DNA of 30,408 bases from Lachnospiraceae bacterium. GTDB lineage: Bacteria; Bacillota; Clostridia; Lachnospirales; Lachnospiraceae. Below are positions 8,229 through 17,174 of this stretch, piece by piece. Made by a program: the position numbers and the translations under genes. Positions within the stretch are counted from its first letter, which is position 1, and every line of letters begins with the position of its first letter. The notes below the pieces were generated by a model. It was not told the origin of the DNA. It ran no database searches and saw only the letters and a program-made list of their open reading frames with translations. The stretch is from contig JAKSRN010000001.1 in assembly GCA_024403585.1 (NCBI GenBank), positions 1 to 30,408 on the forward strand, given 5' to 3'.

Positions 8229-8243
8229 AGATAAGGAATCGGT
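8229..8243 (+). repeat. 15-bp direct repeat, right copy; contains the SD of the 8244 gene and abuts its ATG
   Basis: agataaggaatcggt, identical to 950-964. Confidence 0.85.
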
Positions 8244-10061
8244 ATGGCACAGTCACAAGTTATTCGTATTATGAAAAAAATCAGACCTTATACCATAAAA
8301 AAGGGACTGCTTTATCTGAAACACTATGGTTTCAAGGATTTTATGAGCCGTCTTGCAGAGCGCATGGAACCGGAAGAGGTTCCGTATGGTCCATGGTATG
8401 AGGAGCATAAGGCTTCTGAAGCGATGTTGGAAAAACAACGGAAGGTTCATTGGGTAGATCCTGTGACTATCAGTATCGCTGTTCCGGCTTATCATACGCC
8501 GGAGGAGTTTCTGCGCCAGCTTCTGGATTCGCTTGTGGCACAGACGTATCCATACTGGGAGCTCTGCATAGCCAATGCCAGCCCTGAGGACGAAGTGATG
8601 CAGAAGGTACTGAAGGAATACCGGGATAAGGATAAAAGGATCAAGGTTCTTGATCTCGAAGAGAATGCCGGTATCTCCCAGAATACGAATGCTGCGCTTT
8701 TCATGGCAAGCGGTCAGTATGTGGGACTTCTGGATCACGATGATCTGCTGGCTCCTGACTGTCTGTATGAAGTAGCTGTCAGAATCTGTGATGAGAAGGC
8801 AGACATGATCTATACGGATGAGGATAAAGTAACTTCTGACTTAAGTGAACACTATCAGCCGCACCTGAAACCGGATTTCAGTCCTGATCTTCTCAGATCC
8901 AACAACTATATCTGCCATTTCCTTACTGTGAAAAAGGAGCTGGTGGAAGCAGTCGGAGGATTCCGTAAGGAGTTCGACGGTGCGCAGGATCATGATTTTA
9001 TCTTCCGGTGTTCTGAAAGAGCGGAGCATATTGCGCATGTTCCGAGAATTCTTTATCACTGGAGAACACATAAGGCATCCACAGCAGATAATCCGGCCAG
9101 CAAGCTTTATGCTTACGATGCCGGAAAGAGAGCGGTGGAAGGTAACCTGGAGCGTCTGGGTCTGAAAGGCGAGGTTTCGCATACAAAGGATTATGGTTTC
9201 TACAATGTGAAATACCAGGTACAGGGAGAGCCGCTGGTTTCTATCCTGATCCCGAATAAGGATCAGAGAGATACACTGGAGACCTGTATCAGATCGATTC
9301 GTGAGAAAACCACTTATAAAAATTATGAGATCCTGATCATTGAGAATAACAGTGTAGAAGAAAATACATTTGCTTATTATAAATGTCTGTCAGGGGATCC
9401 GAAGATCCGTCTTTTACGTTGGAAATCCGGATTTAATTATTCTGCGATCAATAATTATGCGGCTCGAAAAGCCAAAGGTGAGTACCTGCTGTTTTTGAAT
9501 AACGATATTGAAGTGCAGACACCTGACTGGATTGAAGAGATGCTGGCAAACTGTCAGCGGCCGGATGTGGCGATCTGCGGCAGCAAACTGTATTATCCGG
9601 ATCATTCGATCCAGCATGCCGGTGTGATCGTTGGTCTTGGCGGAATCGCAGGACATGCGTTCCTTAATATGCCGGGAAGCAGAACCGGTTATCTTCATAA
9701 AGCATCCATCCAGCTGAATACCAGTGCGGTTACGGCTGCATGTATGATGATGAAAAAAGAAGTATTTGATATGCTCGGTGGTTTTGAAGAAAAACTCACG
9801 GTGGCATTCAACGATGTGGATCTGTGCCTTAGAACTGTCAGGGCCGGATATTGGATCGTATATAACCCGCATGTGGAGATGATTCATTATGAGTCAAAAT
9901 CCCGTGGGGCAGAAGACAGTCCTGAGAAGGTTCGCCGCTTCCAGAGTGAGATTGAATTCATGCGAACCCGCTGGATCGATTTCCTGAAAAAGGGCGATCC
10001 CATGTATAATCCTAATCTTACGTTAAGTAAATGGAATTATTCTCTCAGGGCAAAACAGTAA
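8244..10061 (+). CDS. Two-domain GT2 glycosyltransferase (probable rhamnan polymerising rhamnosyltransferase), 605 aa
   Basis: Two GT-A domains: ISIAVPAY...GLLDHDD...YTDEDK...GAQDHD and VSILIPNKD...FLNNDIE...AVTAACMM...FNDVDLCLR. Confidence 0.9.
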   Translation: MAQSQVIRIMKKIRPYTIKKGLLYLKHYGFKDFMSRLAERMEPEEVPYGPWYEEHKASEAMLEKQRKVHWVDPVTISIAVPAYHTPEEFLRQLLDSLVAQTYPYWELCIANASPEDEVMQKVLKEYRDKDKRIKVLDLEENAGISQNTNAALFMASGQYVGLLDHDDLLAPDCLYEVAVRICDEKADMIYTDEDKVTSDLSEHYQPHLKPDFSPDLLRSNNYICHFLTVKKELVEAVGGFRKEFDGAQDHDFIFRCSERAEHIAHVPRILYHWRTHKASTADNPASKLYAYDAGKRAVEGNLERLGLKGEVSHTKDYGFYNVKYQVQGEPLVSILIPNKDQRDTLETCIRSIREKTTYKNYEILIIENNSVEENTFAYYKCLSGDPKIRLLRWKSGFNYSAINNYAARKAKGEYLLFLNNDIEVQTPDWIEEMLANCQRPDVAICGSKLYYPDHSIQHAGVIVGLGGIAGHAFLNMPGSRTGYLHKASIQLNTSAVTAACMMMKKEVFDMLGGFEEKLTVAFNDVDLCLRTVRAGYWIVYNPHVEMIHYESKSRGAEDSPEKVRRFQSEIEFMRTRWIDFLKKGDPMYNPNLTLSKWNYSLRAKQ

Positions 10062-10075
10062 AAAAGGAGTCTGAC

Positions 10076-11041
10076 GTGAAAGAAGTAACAGTTGTGATCC
10101 CCAATTACAATGGAATGAAGTATCTGAAGATCTGTATGGATGCATTAAGAAAGCAGACGCTTAAAAGTTTCACCGTCCTTCTGGTGGACAACGGATCAGA
10201 GGATGACAGTGTTGCTTATGTCAGAGAACAGTATCCGGAGGTGGAAGTGATCTGCCTTCCGGAAAATACAGGTTTCTGTGGTGCGGTGAATACCGGTATC
10301 CGGAGAACTGTGACTCCCTATGTGATCCTTCTTAACAACGATACGGAAGTGTTTCCGGAGTTTTGTGAGGAATTACTGAAGGGGATCAAACGCAGAAAGA
10401 AAGCATGCTCTGCAGCTGGAAAATTGATCCAGTATCATGACAAAACAAAGATTGATGATGCCGGGAATTATTATTGTGCTCTTGGCTGGGCGTATGCCAG
10501 AGGAAAGGATCAGTCTGTGGATCGCTATGAGAAAGCAGAGCAGGTTTTCTCGGCCTGTGCCGGAGCGGCAATCTACAGGATGGACGTTTTAAAGAAGATC
10601 GGTCTTCTGGACGAGGCGCATTTTGCCTATCTGGAGGATCTGGACCTGGGATACAGGGCAAGGATCTTCGGATATGAAAACTGGTATATCCCGACTGCGA
10701 AGGTCTATCATGTGGGTAGCGGAACCAGCGGTTCCAGATACAATACATTCAAGACCGGCTATTCCGCAAGGAACAATATCTATCTGATCCATAAAAACAT
10801 GCCTATGGTTCAGGTACTTCTGAATCTGCCTCTGCTCCTGGCAGGATTTGGAGTGAAAGCTGTCTTTTTTCAGAAGAAAGGACTTGGAGCTGAATACAGG
10901 AAAGGGATCCGACAGGGTCTGCTTCTTGGATATAAAAAAGAAAACCGTAAGAAGAAGATTCGTTTTCAGTGGAGAAACCTTGGGAATTATGCAAGGATCC
11001 AGCTGGAACTTTGGATAAATATAGTGAGAAGACTTCGCTAG
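10076..11041 (+). CDS. GT2 glycosyltransferase (WbbL-like / rhamnosyltransferase-type), 321 aa
   Basis: VTVVIPNYNG, LLVDNGSED, NTGFCGAVN, LLNNDT, YLEDLDLGYRA, VYHVGSGTSG. Start moved from 10031 to GTG 10076 (SD AGGAG at 10065-10069). Confidence 0.9.
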   Translation: MKEVTVVIPNYNGMKYLKICMDALRKQTLKSFTVLLVDNGSEDDSVAYVREQYPEVEVICLPENTGFCGAVNTGIRRTVTPYVILLNNDTEVFPEFCEELLKGIKRRKKACSAAGKLIQYHDKTKIDDAGNYYCALGWAYARGKDQSVDRYEKAEQVFSACAGAAIYRMDVLKKIGLLDEAHFAYLEDLDLGYRARIFGYENWYIPTAKVYHVGSGTSGSRYNTFKTGYSARNNIYLIHKNMPMVQVLLNLPLLLAGFGVKAVFFQKKGLGAEYRKGIRQGLLLGYKKENRKKKIRFQWRNLGNYARIQLELWINIVRRLR

Positions 11042-11042
11042 G

Positions 11043-11071
11043 TTGTTTTTTCACAATCTGTATAGTATAGT
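11043..11071 (+). promoter_or_regulatory. Possible sigma-A promoter for the LCP gene
   Basis: TTGTTT (11043-11048), N17, TATAGT (11066-11071), in an AT-rich intergenic region. Confidence 0.4.
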
Positions 11072-11135
11072 AAATTACTGTAAAAGTGAGAGGTTGCGCA
11101 TAGTTGCACAACAAAATCATGAGGAGTAAAAAATA

Positions 11136-12455
11136 ATGGCTAAAAAAAGTAAAAAATCCGGCTACAACAAAAGAAAGGGTCTGTTTGCATTCGAGTGCAT
11201 CATCCTGTCTCTTCTTGTTGTGGTTCTGGTCGGTAGTATATGGGTAATGGCAAAGTTTTCAATGATCAACTTTGAAAAACTGGATACTGACAAACTGGTC
11301 ACAGCCGAAGAAGCGAATACTGACCAGGAACAGAATACAGAAACGCAGCCAGGGCAGGAAACTCAGACAGAGAATGATTTTGGACTGAGTGGCGTCGAGA
11401 TGTTTGCGCTGGTTGGTATTGATGAGCGTGATGGAATGGACAGTATGAACAGTGATACCATGATCATTGCATGTCTCAATCATAATGAAAAGACCATCCG
11501 TCTTGCTTCTGTCTATCGTGATACCTATCTGAATGTAGGTGAGTATGAAGGGGAGACTTTGTATTCCAAGGCAAACTGTGCTTACGGAATTGGCGGTGCT
11601 GCCCAGTTCCTTACCATGCTTAACCTGAATCTGGATCTGAATATTACAGAGTTTGCTTCTGTTCGTTTCCTGGCCCTGGCAAAAACAATTGAGCTGATGG
11701 GCGGTCTGGATATCGATATGACCAGAGAGGAAGTAATCCATCTGAATAACTATAATATTGAAACATCGGAAGCATGTAACATGCCTTACGTGGAACTGGA
11801 GATGCCGGGACCGCTGGAGTTTGACGGTGCCAAGACACTGACTTTCCATGTAAACGGAACTCAGGCTGTTTCCTATGCACGTATTCGTTATACGCAGGGT
11901 AACGATTTCCGTCGTGCCGCAAGACAGAGACTTGTACTTCAGAAAACACTGGAGAAAGCAAAAACCTGTGGAATCGGTACTCTGAACAATATCCTCAATG
12001 AGGTTCTTCCGGATGTTACCACCAATATGAATAACTCCAAGATCATGACCTATGCGGCAGCTGTTCTTTCCTATGATATTGTGGATCAGGCAGGATTCCC
12101 GTTTGATCATATTGAGGACGAGGGAGATCTGACAGGAAGTGATAACGTTATCACAGTCACACTGGAGAATAATGTAATCAAGCTGCATGATTTCCTGCTT
12201 CCGGGTGTACCATATGAGCCGTCAGCAACTGTAAAAGAATACAGTAACTATATTATCAATAAAACCGGTCTTGGTATGGAGTCTCTGCCATTGCAGTCTG
12301 AAGACGGAACGATTCCAATCTGGACTGCAGAAAGTCAGGCACAGGCTGACGCAGCGGCTGCAGAAGCGGCTGCGGCACAAGGCAGTGAAGAGTATTCCGG
12401 GTATGACAGTAATGATACAGAAGGATATGATTCCTATGATGAGAGCGGTTATTGA
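11136..12455 (+). CDS. LCP (LytR-CpsA-Psr) glycopolymer-peptidoglycan ligase, 439 aa
   Basis: Basic N-tail and one TM helix; LVGID, SDTMII, SVYRDTY, KANCAY, NGTQAVSYARIR, DFRRAARQR. Confidence 0.93.
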   Translation: MAKKSKKSGYNKRKGLFAFECIILSLLVVVLVGSIWVMAKFSMINFEKLDTDKLVTAEEANTDQEQNTETQPGQETQTENDFGLSGVEMFALVGIDERDGMDSMNSDTMIIACLNHNEKTIRLASVYRDTYLNVGEYEGETLYSKANCAYGIGGAAQFLTMLNLNLDLNITEFASVRFLALAKTIELMGGLDIDMTREEVIHLNNYNIETSEACNMPYVELEMPGPLEFDGAKTLTFHVNGTQAVSYARIRYTQGNDFRRAARQRLVLQKTLEKAKTCGIGTLNNILNEVLPDVTTNMNNSKIMTYAAAVLSYDIVDQAGFPFDHIEDEGDLTGSDNVITVTLENNVIKLHDFLLPGVPYEPSATVKEYSNYIINKTGLGMESLPLQSEDGTIPIWTAESQAQADAAAAEAAAAQGSEEYSGYDSNDTEGYDSYDESGY

Positions 12456-12475
12456 TCAAAGGATTTGAGGTTACT

Positions 12476-13399
12476 ATGGAACATATAAAAACAGTGGATA
12501 TCTGTATCCCTGTCTATAAACCGGATCCTGAATTCGCTGCGATGCTGAAACGTCTGGCGAAACAGGACTATCCGATTCACAAGCTGTGGATCGTGAATAC
12601 AGAAGAAAAATACTGGGATACTTCTTTTGAAAAGGAGTATCCCCATTGTCATATCATGCACATTTCCCGGGAAGACTTCAATCACGGGGGTACAAGGCGC
12701 TTAATGGCTGAAAGCTCCGATGCAGAACTGATCTTGTTTATGACACAGGATGCGATGCCTGCTGACCAGCACCTTGTGGGGAACCTGGTGGAAGCATTTG
12801 ATGAGCAGGGAGTCAAAGCTGCTTATGCCAGACAGCTGCCACGTAAGGAGTGCAGAATGATGGAAGCCTATACCAGAAGCTTTAATTACCCGGCGGTCAG
12901 CTGTACGAAAAGCCAGGCAGATCTGCCAACCAGGGGGATTAAAACATTTTTCTGTTCCAATGTCTGTGCAATGTATGAGAAAAAAACGTATATGGAACTG
13001 GGGGGATTTCCTGAGCGGACGCTCTTTAATGAGGATATGATCTATGCAGGACATCTGATTCAGGCCGGATATAAGATCCGTTATCAGGCAGAGGCAAAGG
13101 TGATCCATTCCCATAACTATTCAAACAGACAGCAGTTTCATCGGAATTTTGATCTGGCTGTTTCTCAGGCAGAATTTCCGGAAATCTTCCAGACATATCC
13201 TTCAGAGGGGGAAGGATTAAAACTGGTAAAATCTACTGCAGCCTACGTTTGCAAAAAGGGAAAACCGTGGCTGGTGGTTTCACTGTTTACGGGAAGTTTC
13301 AGTAAATATGCAGGATATTTTCTGGGGAAACGATTCAAAAAACTGCCGGGATGGCTGGTAAAGAGATGTACCACGAACCCAGGCTACTTTACCAGGTGA
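12476..13399 (+). CDS. GT2 rhamnosyltransferase (RfbN/WbaN-like), 307 aa
   Basis: VDICIPVY, FNHGGTRR, LFMTQDA, AAYARQLP, FCSNVCAMY, NEDMIYA, VIHSHNY...FD. Start moved to ATG 12476 (SD GAGG). Confidence 0.85.
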   Translation: MEHIKTVDICIPVYKPDPEFAAMLKRLAKQDYPIHKLWIVNTEEKYWDTSFEKEYPHCHIMHISREDFNHGGTRRLMAESSDAELILFMTQDAMPADQHLVGNLVEAFDEQGVKAAYARQLPRKECRMMEAYTRSFNYPAVSCTKSQADLPTRGIKTFFCSNVCAMYEKKTYMELGGFPERTLFNEDMIYAGHLIQAGYKIRYQAEAKVIHSHNYSNRQQFHRNFDLAVSQAEFPEIFQTYPSEGEGLKLVKSTAAYVCKKGKPWLVVSLFTGSFSKYAGYFLGKRFKKLPGWLVKRCTTNPGYFTR

Positions 13400-13458
13400 A
13401 TTCCTGCTGATTCCGATACAGAGTTTATAGGGGTTATATGATTTAAAAAAGGGGTGTA

Positions 13459-16400
13459 GTGCATATGGAGAAAAGAACTGTTCGTAGAATATGTCGGTTG
13501 AGCAGCTGGATCGCCTGCCTGTTGCTGCTGTTGTTATGTACCGTTCCGGTTTGGGCGGAAGGAACACTGTCAGCGAAACTGAATACAAGCGAGACTACCT
13601 GTTCGATCACCTGGTCCGGTTATCAGATGCCGTCTGATGGTGACAGTCTTCAGGTGGCTGTCTGGAGCTCCAACAAGGGGCAGGATGATCTTAAGTGGAG
13701 AAGCCTGCGATCTGTGAACGGAGCATACAGTGTTGATTTTTCTATTGCTGATCATAAGGATAGCGGTGAATATAATGTGCATCTGTATCTCCATACAAAA
13801 GCAAATAAGATGGTTTTCCTTGGTAAAACCTCTTTCACTGTGACACCTGCGTCTGCGACTGAAGTCAGTGTGACTGATCTGAACCAGACAGCCGGTACCT
13901 GCAATGTTGTGATCAAGGGACTCAAAAGCCCTTCCGGTATCACGAAAGTACAGGTTCCGACCTGGTGCGCAGCGGATCAGAGCGATCTTGTATGGTACGA
14001 GGCTGCGAAACAGAGCGATGGAAGCTGGATCGCTAAGATTGATTTTTCCAGACATAAATCACATCTGGGAACTTATCAGATCCATGTATACGCAAACAGT
14101 GCCAACGGTTTATTCAATATTGTAGGAAAAACAACAACACAATACGGTGTTTTTGACCCTGCAGTAACAGTAAGCCGTAACCAGGCAGATTACACAGTAA
14201 AAGCGACTGCAATTAAGGCGGATGAAGAAATTAAAGCCGTGAGAGTTGCAATCTGGAGTAAGGAGAATGGACAGGACGATCTCCGTTGGACCGACCTTTC
14301 CTATACTGCTTCATCAGATTCTGCAACAGCAGCTATCTCTCTTGAAGATTATCGTGATTTCGGCACATACCATGCTCATGTATATGCGGTGGGCAAGTCA
14401 GGAAAGCTGTATTTCCAGGCAAAAACAGAGTTTGAACTTCCTGTACCGAAAGCCTCTGTATCTGTTGAGCAGCAGAGCGGTAAATTCAATGTCAGATTAT
14501 CTGATGTTTCCTGCGGAGTAAGTATTAAACAGATCATGGTTGCCGTATGGTGTGCAGGTGATCAGTCAGATATTGTCTGGTATAAGGCAGAGAAGCAGGG
14601 TGACGGAAGCTACACCGTCTCCTCTGATATTTCAAAACATAAAAACCACACCGGAAATTACTATGTCCATGCATATATGGATGACAACAGGGGCAGTAAG
14701 AGCCAGTGTATTGCAAAATCTTCTTTCCAGACGGCGGAACAGAAGGAACGATCCGCTGGTGAACTGAAGATGACACCGAATACAGACCGGTCTGTATATT
14801 CCGCATCTGTTTCGGATGTATATATTCCGGAATCCTATGCATCTGTTCAGATGGCTGTCTGGACAGAAAACAATGGTCAGGATGATCTGACCTGGTATAA
14901 GGCATCTGAAAATGGCAGTACCTGTTCAGCAGATATTCCGGTTTCTGATCATAAGAATGAAGAAGGTTTATATCATCTTCACCTGTATGCAAAACAGGCA
15001 GACGGAAAATGGCTGTTTATCAGAAAATATACCTTTGAGGTTACAGCAGCCCCAACATTAAAGATTGTGAAAAAAAGCGCATCCACTGCGGAACTCAGTA
15101 TCAAACTGGCTCCGGATATGATTGCGTCCAGAGTTGAATTCCCAACCTGGACCACTTCCAACCAGAGTGATCTTGTATGGTATCAGGGCGTGAAACAGAG
15201 TGATGGCAGTTATACAGTAATGATTGATACTGCCAAACACGAGAATCACAGTGGAACCTATATTATTCATGCGTATTATATAGATAACGGAGGAACCCAT
15301 CATCTCCTGTCAAAAGGTACAGTGGACCTGGTTGGTGCTGCAAGTACAACAAATAAACTGACCATTACGAAAAACAGTGATTCCACTGCTACGGTCAGCA
15401 TTAAACCGGCGGCAACAAACATGGCAAAAGTCCTGTTCCCAACCTGGTGTGCATCTGACCAGAGTGATATTGTCTGGTATCAGGGTACAAAACAGAGTGA
15501 TGGCAGTTATAAAGCTACTATTGATGCGGTCAAACACCAGTACCATAGCGGTACCTATATCGTTCATGCCTATATGGAGGATGCAGCAGGCAAGAAAACA
15601 TTCCTGGATAAAGGAACTGTAGATCTGAAAGCAGATGCTCCTGCGGTTATGGGCACCGCATCCATCAGATCCTGTCTGATCACAGGCGGAAATCAGGTGA
15701 CTGTGGAAGCTGCTGTAACCGGAAGCGGAAGCTTCGGCTTGTTCCGTTTACCGGCTGGACAGACAGATCTCGCAGCAGGTGCGACTCCTCTTGCTACAAC
15801 AACAGGAAGCGGTATAATCCGTATGTCCTGTCCGCTGAATGTCAATACATCCTCCAGTCTGATCAATGAAAAACTTGTGATTGGACAGAAACAGGGATCT
15901 TCCTATGTAAAGATCAGTTCCGGTTCTTACATTACAAATCCGGAAGCAGTTGCATCTATAACAAGAGCATTCCCGACAGCAGCCTCCAAAAAGGGTCTGC
16001 AGGTCAATACAGGAATGGCATCAGATGCACGTGCACTGGGAGTCAATCATGCAGTGATCAATGTTGTACTCAGCAATATTCCTTCTAAATCCGGAGGAAT
16101 ACCTTATAACTATAACGGAAAAACTTACTACATGGATATGGGATATGTCTATGCGCTGGATGCAGCCTTTGCTGAGCAGGCAGCCAACGGTTCCATTGTT
16201 TCAGCAATCCTGCTGCTGCCTTGGGACAATAACTGGATCAATCTGATCATCCCATCCGGAAGAACGGCGGGTCATGCTTTCTATGGAGTGAATGCAGAAA
16301 CCCAGTCCGGAAGAGATCAGCTGGGGGCTATTTTCAGTTTTCTTGCAAATCGCTATTCCGATTCCGGACATAATGTAGTAAACTGGATTCTTGGTAATGA

Positions 16401-17157
16401 GGTAGGAAACTATACAACCTATAACTGGTGCGGTAATGTAAGTCTTCAGCAGTATGCAGAGTATCTTGCTCATGCATTCCGACTTCTCTATAACAGCACC
16501 AGAAGTCAGTACAGTAATGCCAGATCCTATATTTCACTGGATCATGTATGGAATTACCCGAGAACCGGTGCATTCAAAGGATTGGAACTTGTCCAGGCAT
16601 TTGCCAATGCTATTCAGGCGGAGGGCGATATCACCTGGAACATTGCATATCATCCATACCCTGCACCGCTGACATCACCGAATTTCTGGAAGAATACAAC
16701 CGGTTGTACCTTTAGTCCAACCTCTTACTTCTTCACCATGTATAATCTGAGAGCATTAACAGATTATATTGCCAATACTTACGGATCTCAGCATAGATTT
16801 ATTCTGTCTGAGACAGGATTTACTTCTTATTCCGGTGGTGTTCATGATGAAAAACTTCAGGCTGCAGCCATTGCTTATGGTTACTATCTGGCAGAGTTTA
16901 ATGATATGGTTGACAGTTTTGTGATCCATCGTCATGTGGATCATATCGCGGAGACCAGTCAGGGTCTTTATCTGGGACTGTGGACCAGAGATCCTGCGAC
17001 GGATGGATCCCCGCTGAATCAGAAAATGTCCTGGTCAGTATTCAAAAATATGGATACTTCACAGGGTGCAGCATATACTAATTTTGCCCTTAGCGTTATT
17101 GGTGCGAACAGCTGGGAATCCATTGTTCCCGGTTATACTGCTTCAAGGTTTAGATAA
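13459..17157 (+). CDS. Secreted protein with 7 GBS Bsp-like repeats and a C-terminal DUF5722-like clan GH-A glycoside hydrolase domain, 1232 aa
   Basis: Signal peptide ending VWA; seven W-x(3-4)-(G/D)Q(D/S)D(L/I)xW...H..G.Y..H.Y repeats. C-domain SKKGLQV...NWILGNEV...YISLDH...AYHPYP...ILSETGF. The start may be ATG 13465. Confidence 0.85.
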   Translation: MHMEKRTVRRICRLSSWIACLLLLLLCTVPVWAEGTLSAKLNTSETTCSITWSGYQMPSDGDSLQVAVWSSNKGQDDLKWRSLRSVNGAYSVDFSIADHKDSGEYNVHLYLHTKANKMVFLGKTSFTVTPASATEVSVTDLNQTAGTCNVVIKGLKSPSGITKVQVPTWCAADQSDLVWYEAAKQSDGSWIAKIDFSRHKSHLGTYQIHVYANSANGLFNIVGKTTTQYGVFDPAVTVSRNQADYTVKATAIKADEEIKAVRVAIWSKENGQDDLRWTDLSYTASSDSATAAISLEDYRDFGTYHAHVYAVGKSGKLYFQAKTEFELPVPKASVSVEQQSGKFNVRLSDVSCGVSIKQIMVAVWCAGDQSDIVWYKAEKQGDGSYTVSSDISKHKNHTGNYYVHAYMDDNRGSKSQCIAKSSFQTAEQKERSAGELKMTPNTDRSVYSASVSDVYIPESYASVQMAVWTENNGQDDLTWYKASENGSTCSADIPVSDHKNEEGLYHLHLYAKQADGKWLFIRKYTFEVTAAPTLKIVKKSASTAELSIKLAPDMIASRVEFPTWTTSNQSDLVWYQGVKQSDGSYTVMIDTAKHENHSGTYIIHAYYIDNGGTHHLLSKGTVDLVGAASTTNKLTITKNSDSTATVSIKPAATNMAKVLFPTWCASDQSDIVWYQGTKQSDGSYKATIDAVKHQYHSGTYIVHAYMEDAAGKKTFLDKGTVDLKADAPAVMGTASIRSCLITGGNQVTVEAAVTGSGSFGLFRLPAGQTDLAAGATPLATTTGSGIIRMSCPLNVNTSSSLINEKLVIGQKQGSSYVKISSGSYITNPEAVASITRAFPTAASKKGLQVNTGMASDARALGVNHAVINVVLSNIPSKSGGIPYNYNGKTYYMDMGYVYALDAAFAEQAANGSIVSAILLLPWDNNWINLIIPSGRTAGHAFYGVNAETQSGRDQLGAIFSFLANRYSDSGHNVVNWILGNEVGNYTTYNWCGNVSLQQYAEYLAHAFRLLYNSTRSQYSNARSYISLDHVWNYPRTGAFKGLELVQAFANAIQAEGDITWNIAYHPYPAPLTSPNFWKNTTGCTFSPTSYFFTMYNLRALTDYIANTYGSQHRFILSETGFTSYSGGVHDEKLQAAAIAYGYYLAEFNDMVDSFVIHRHVDHIAETSQGLYLGLWTRDPATDGSPLNQKMSWSVFKNMDTSQGAAYTNFALSVIGANSWESIVPGYTASRFR
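13600..15630 (+). repeat. Array of 7 Bsp-like repeats (approximate bounds)
   Basis: Cores: WSSNKGQDDLKW, WCAADQSDLVW, WSKENGQDDLRW, WCAGDQSDIVW, WTENNGQDDLTW, WTTSNQSDLVW, WCASDQSDIVW. Confidence 0.88.
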
Positions 17158-17174
17158 CAGAGAGGTGATTTTGT

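Noticed and set aside
950-8243. Active transposon or integrative element
   Set aside because: No transposase, integrase or terminal inverted repeats in the window. Kept only as a possible insertion scar in the findings.
13400-13458. Internal promoter before the Bsp-DUF5722 gene (TATGAT at 13437-13442)
   Set aside because: No acceptable -35 at 16-18 nt spacing and no extended -10.
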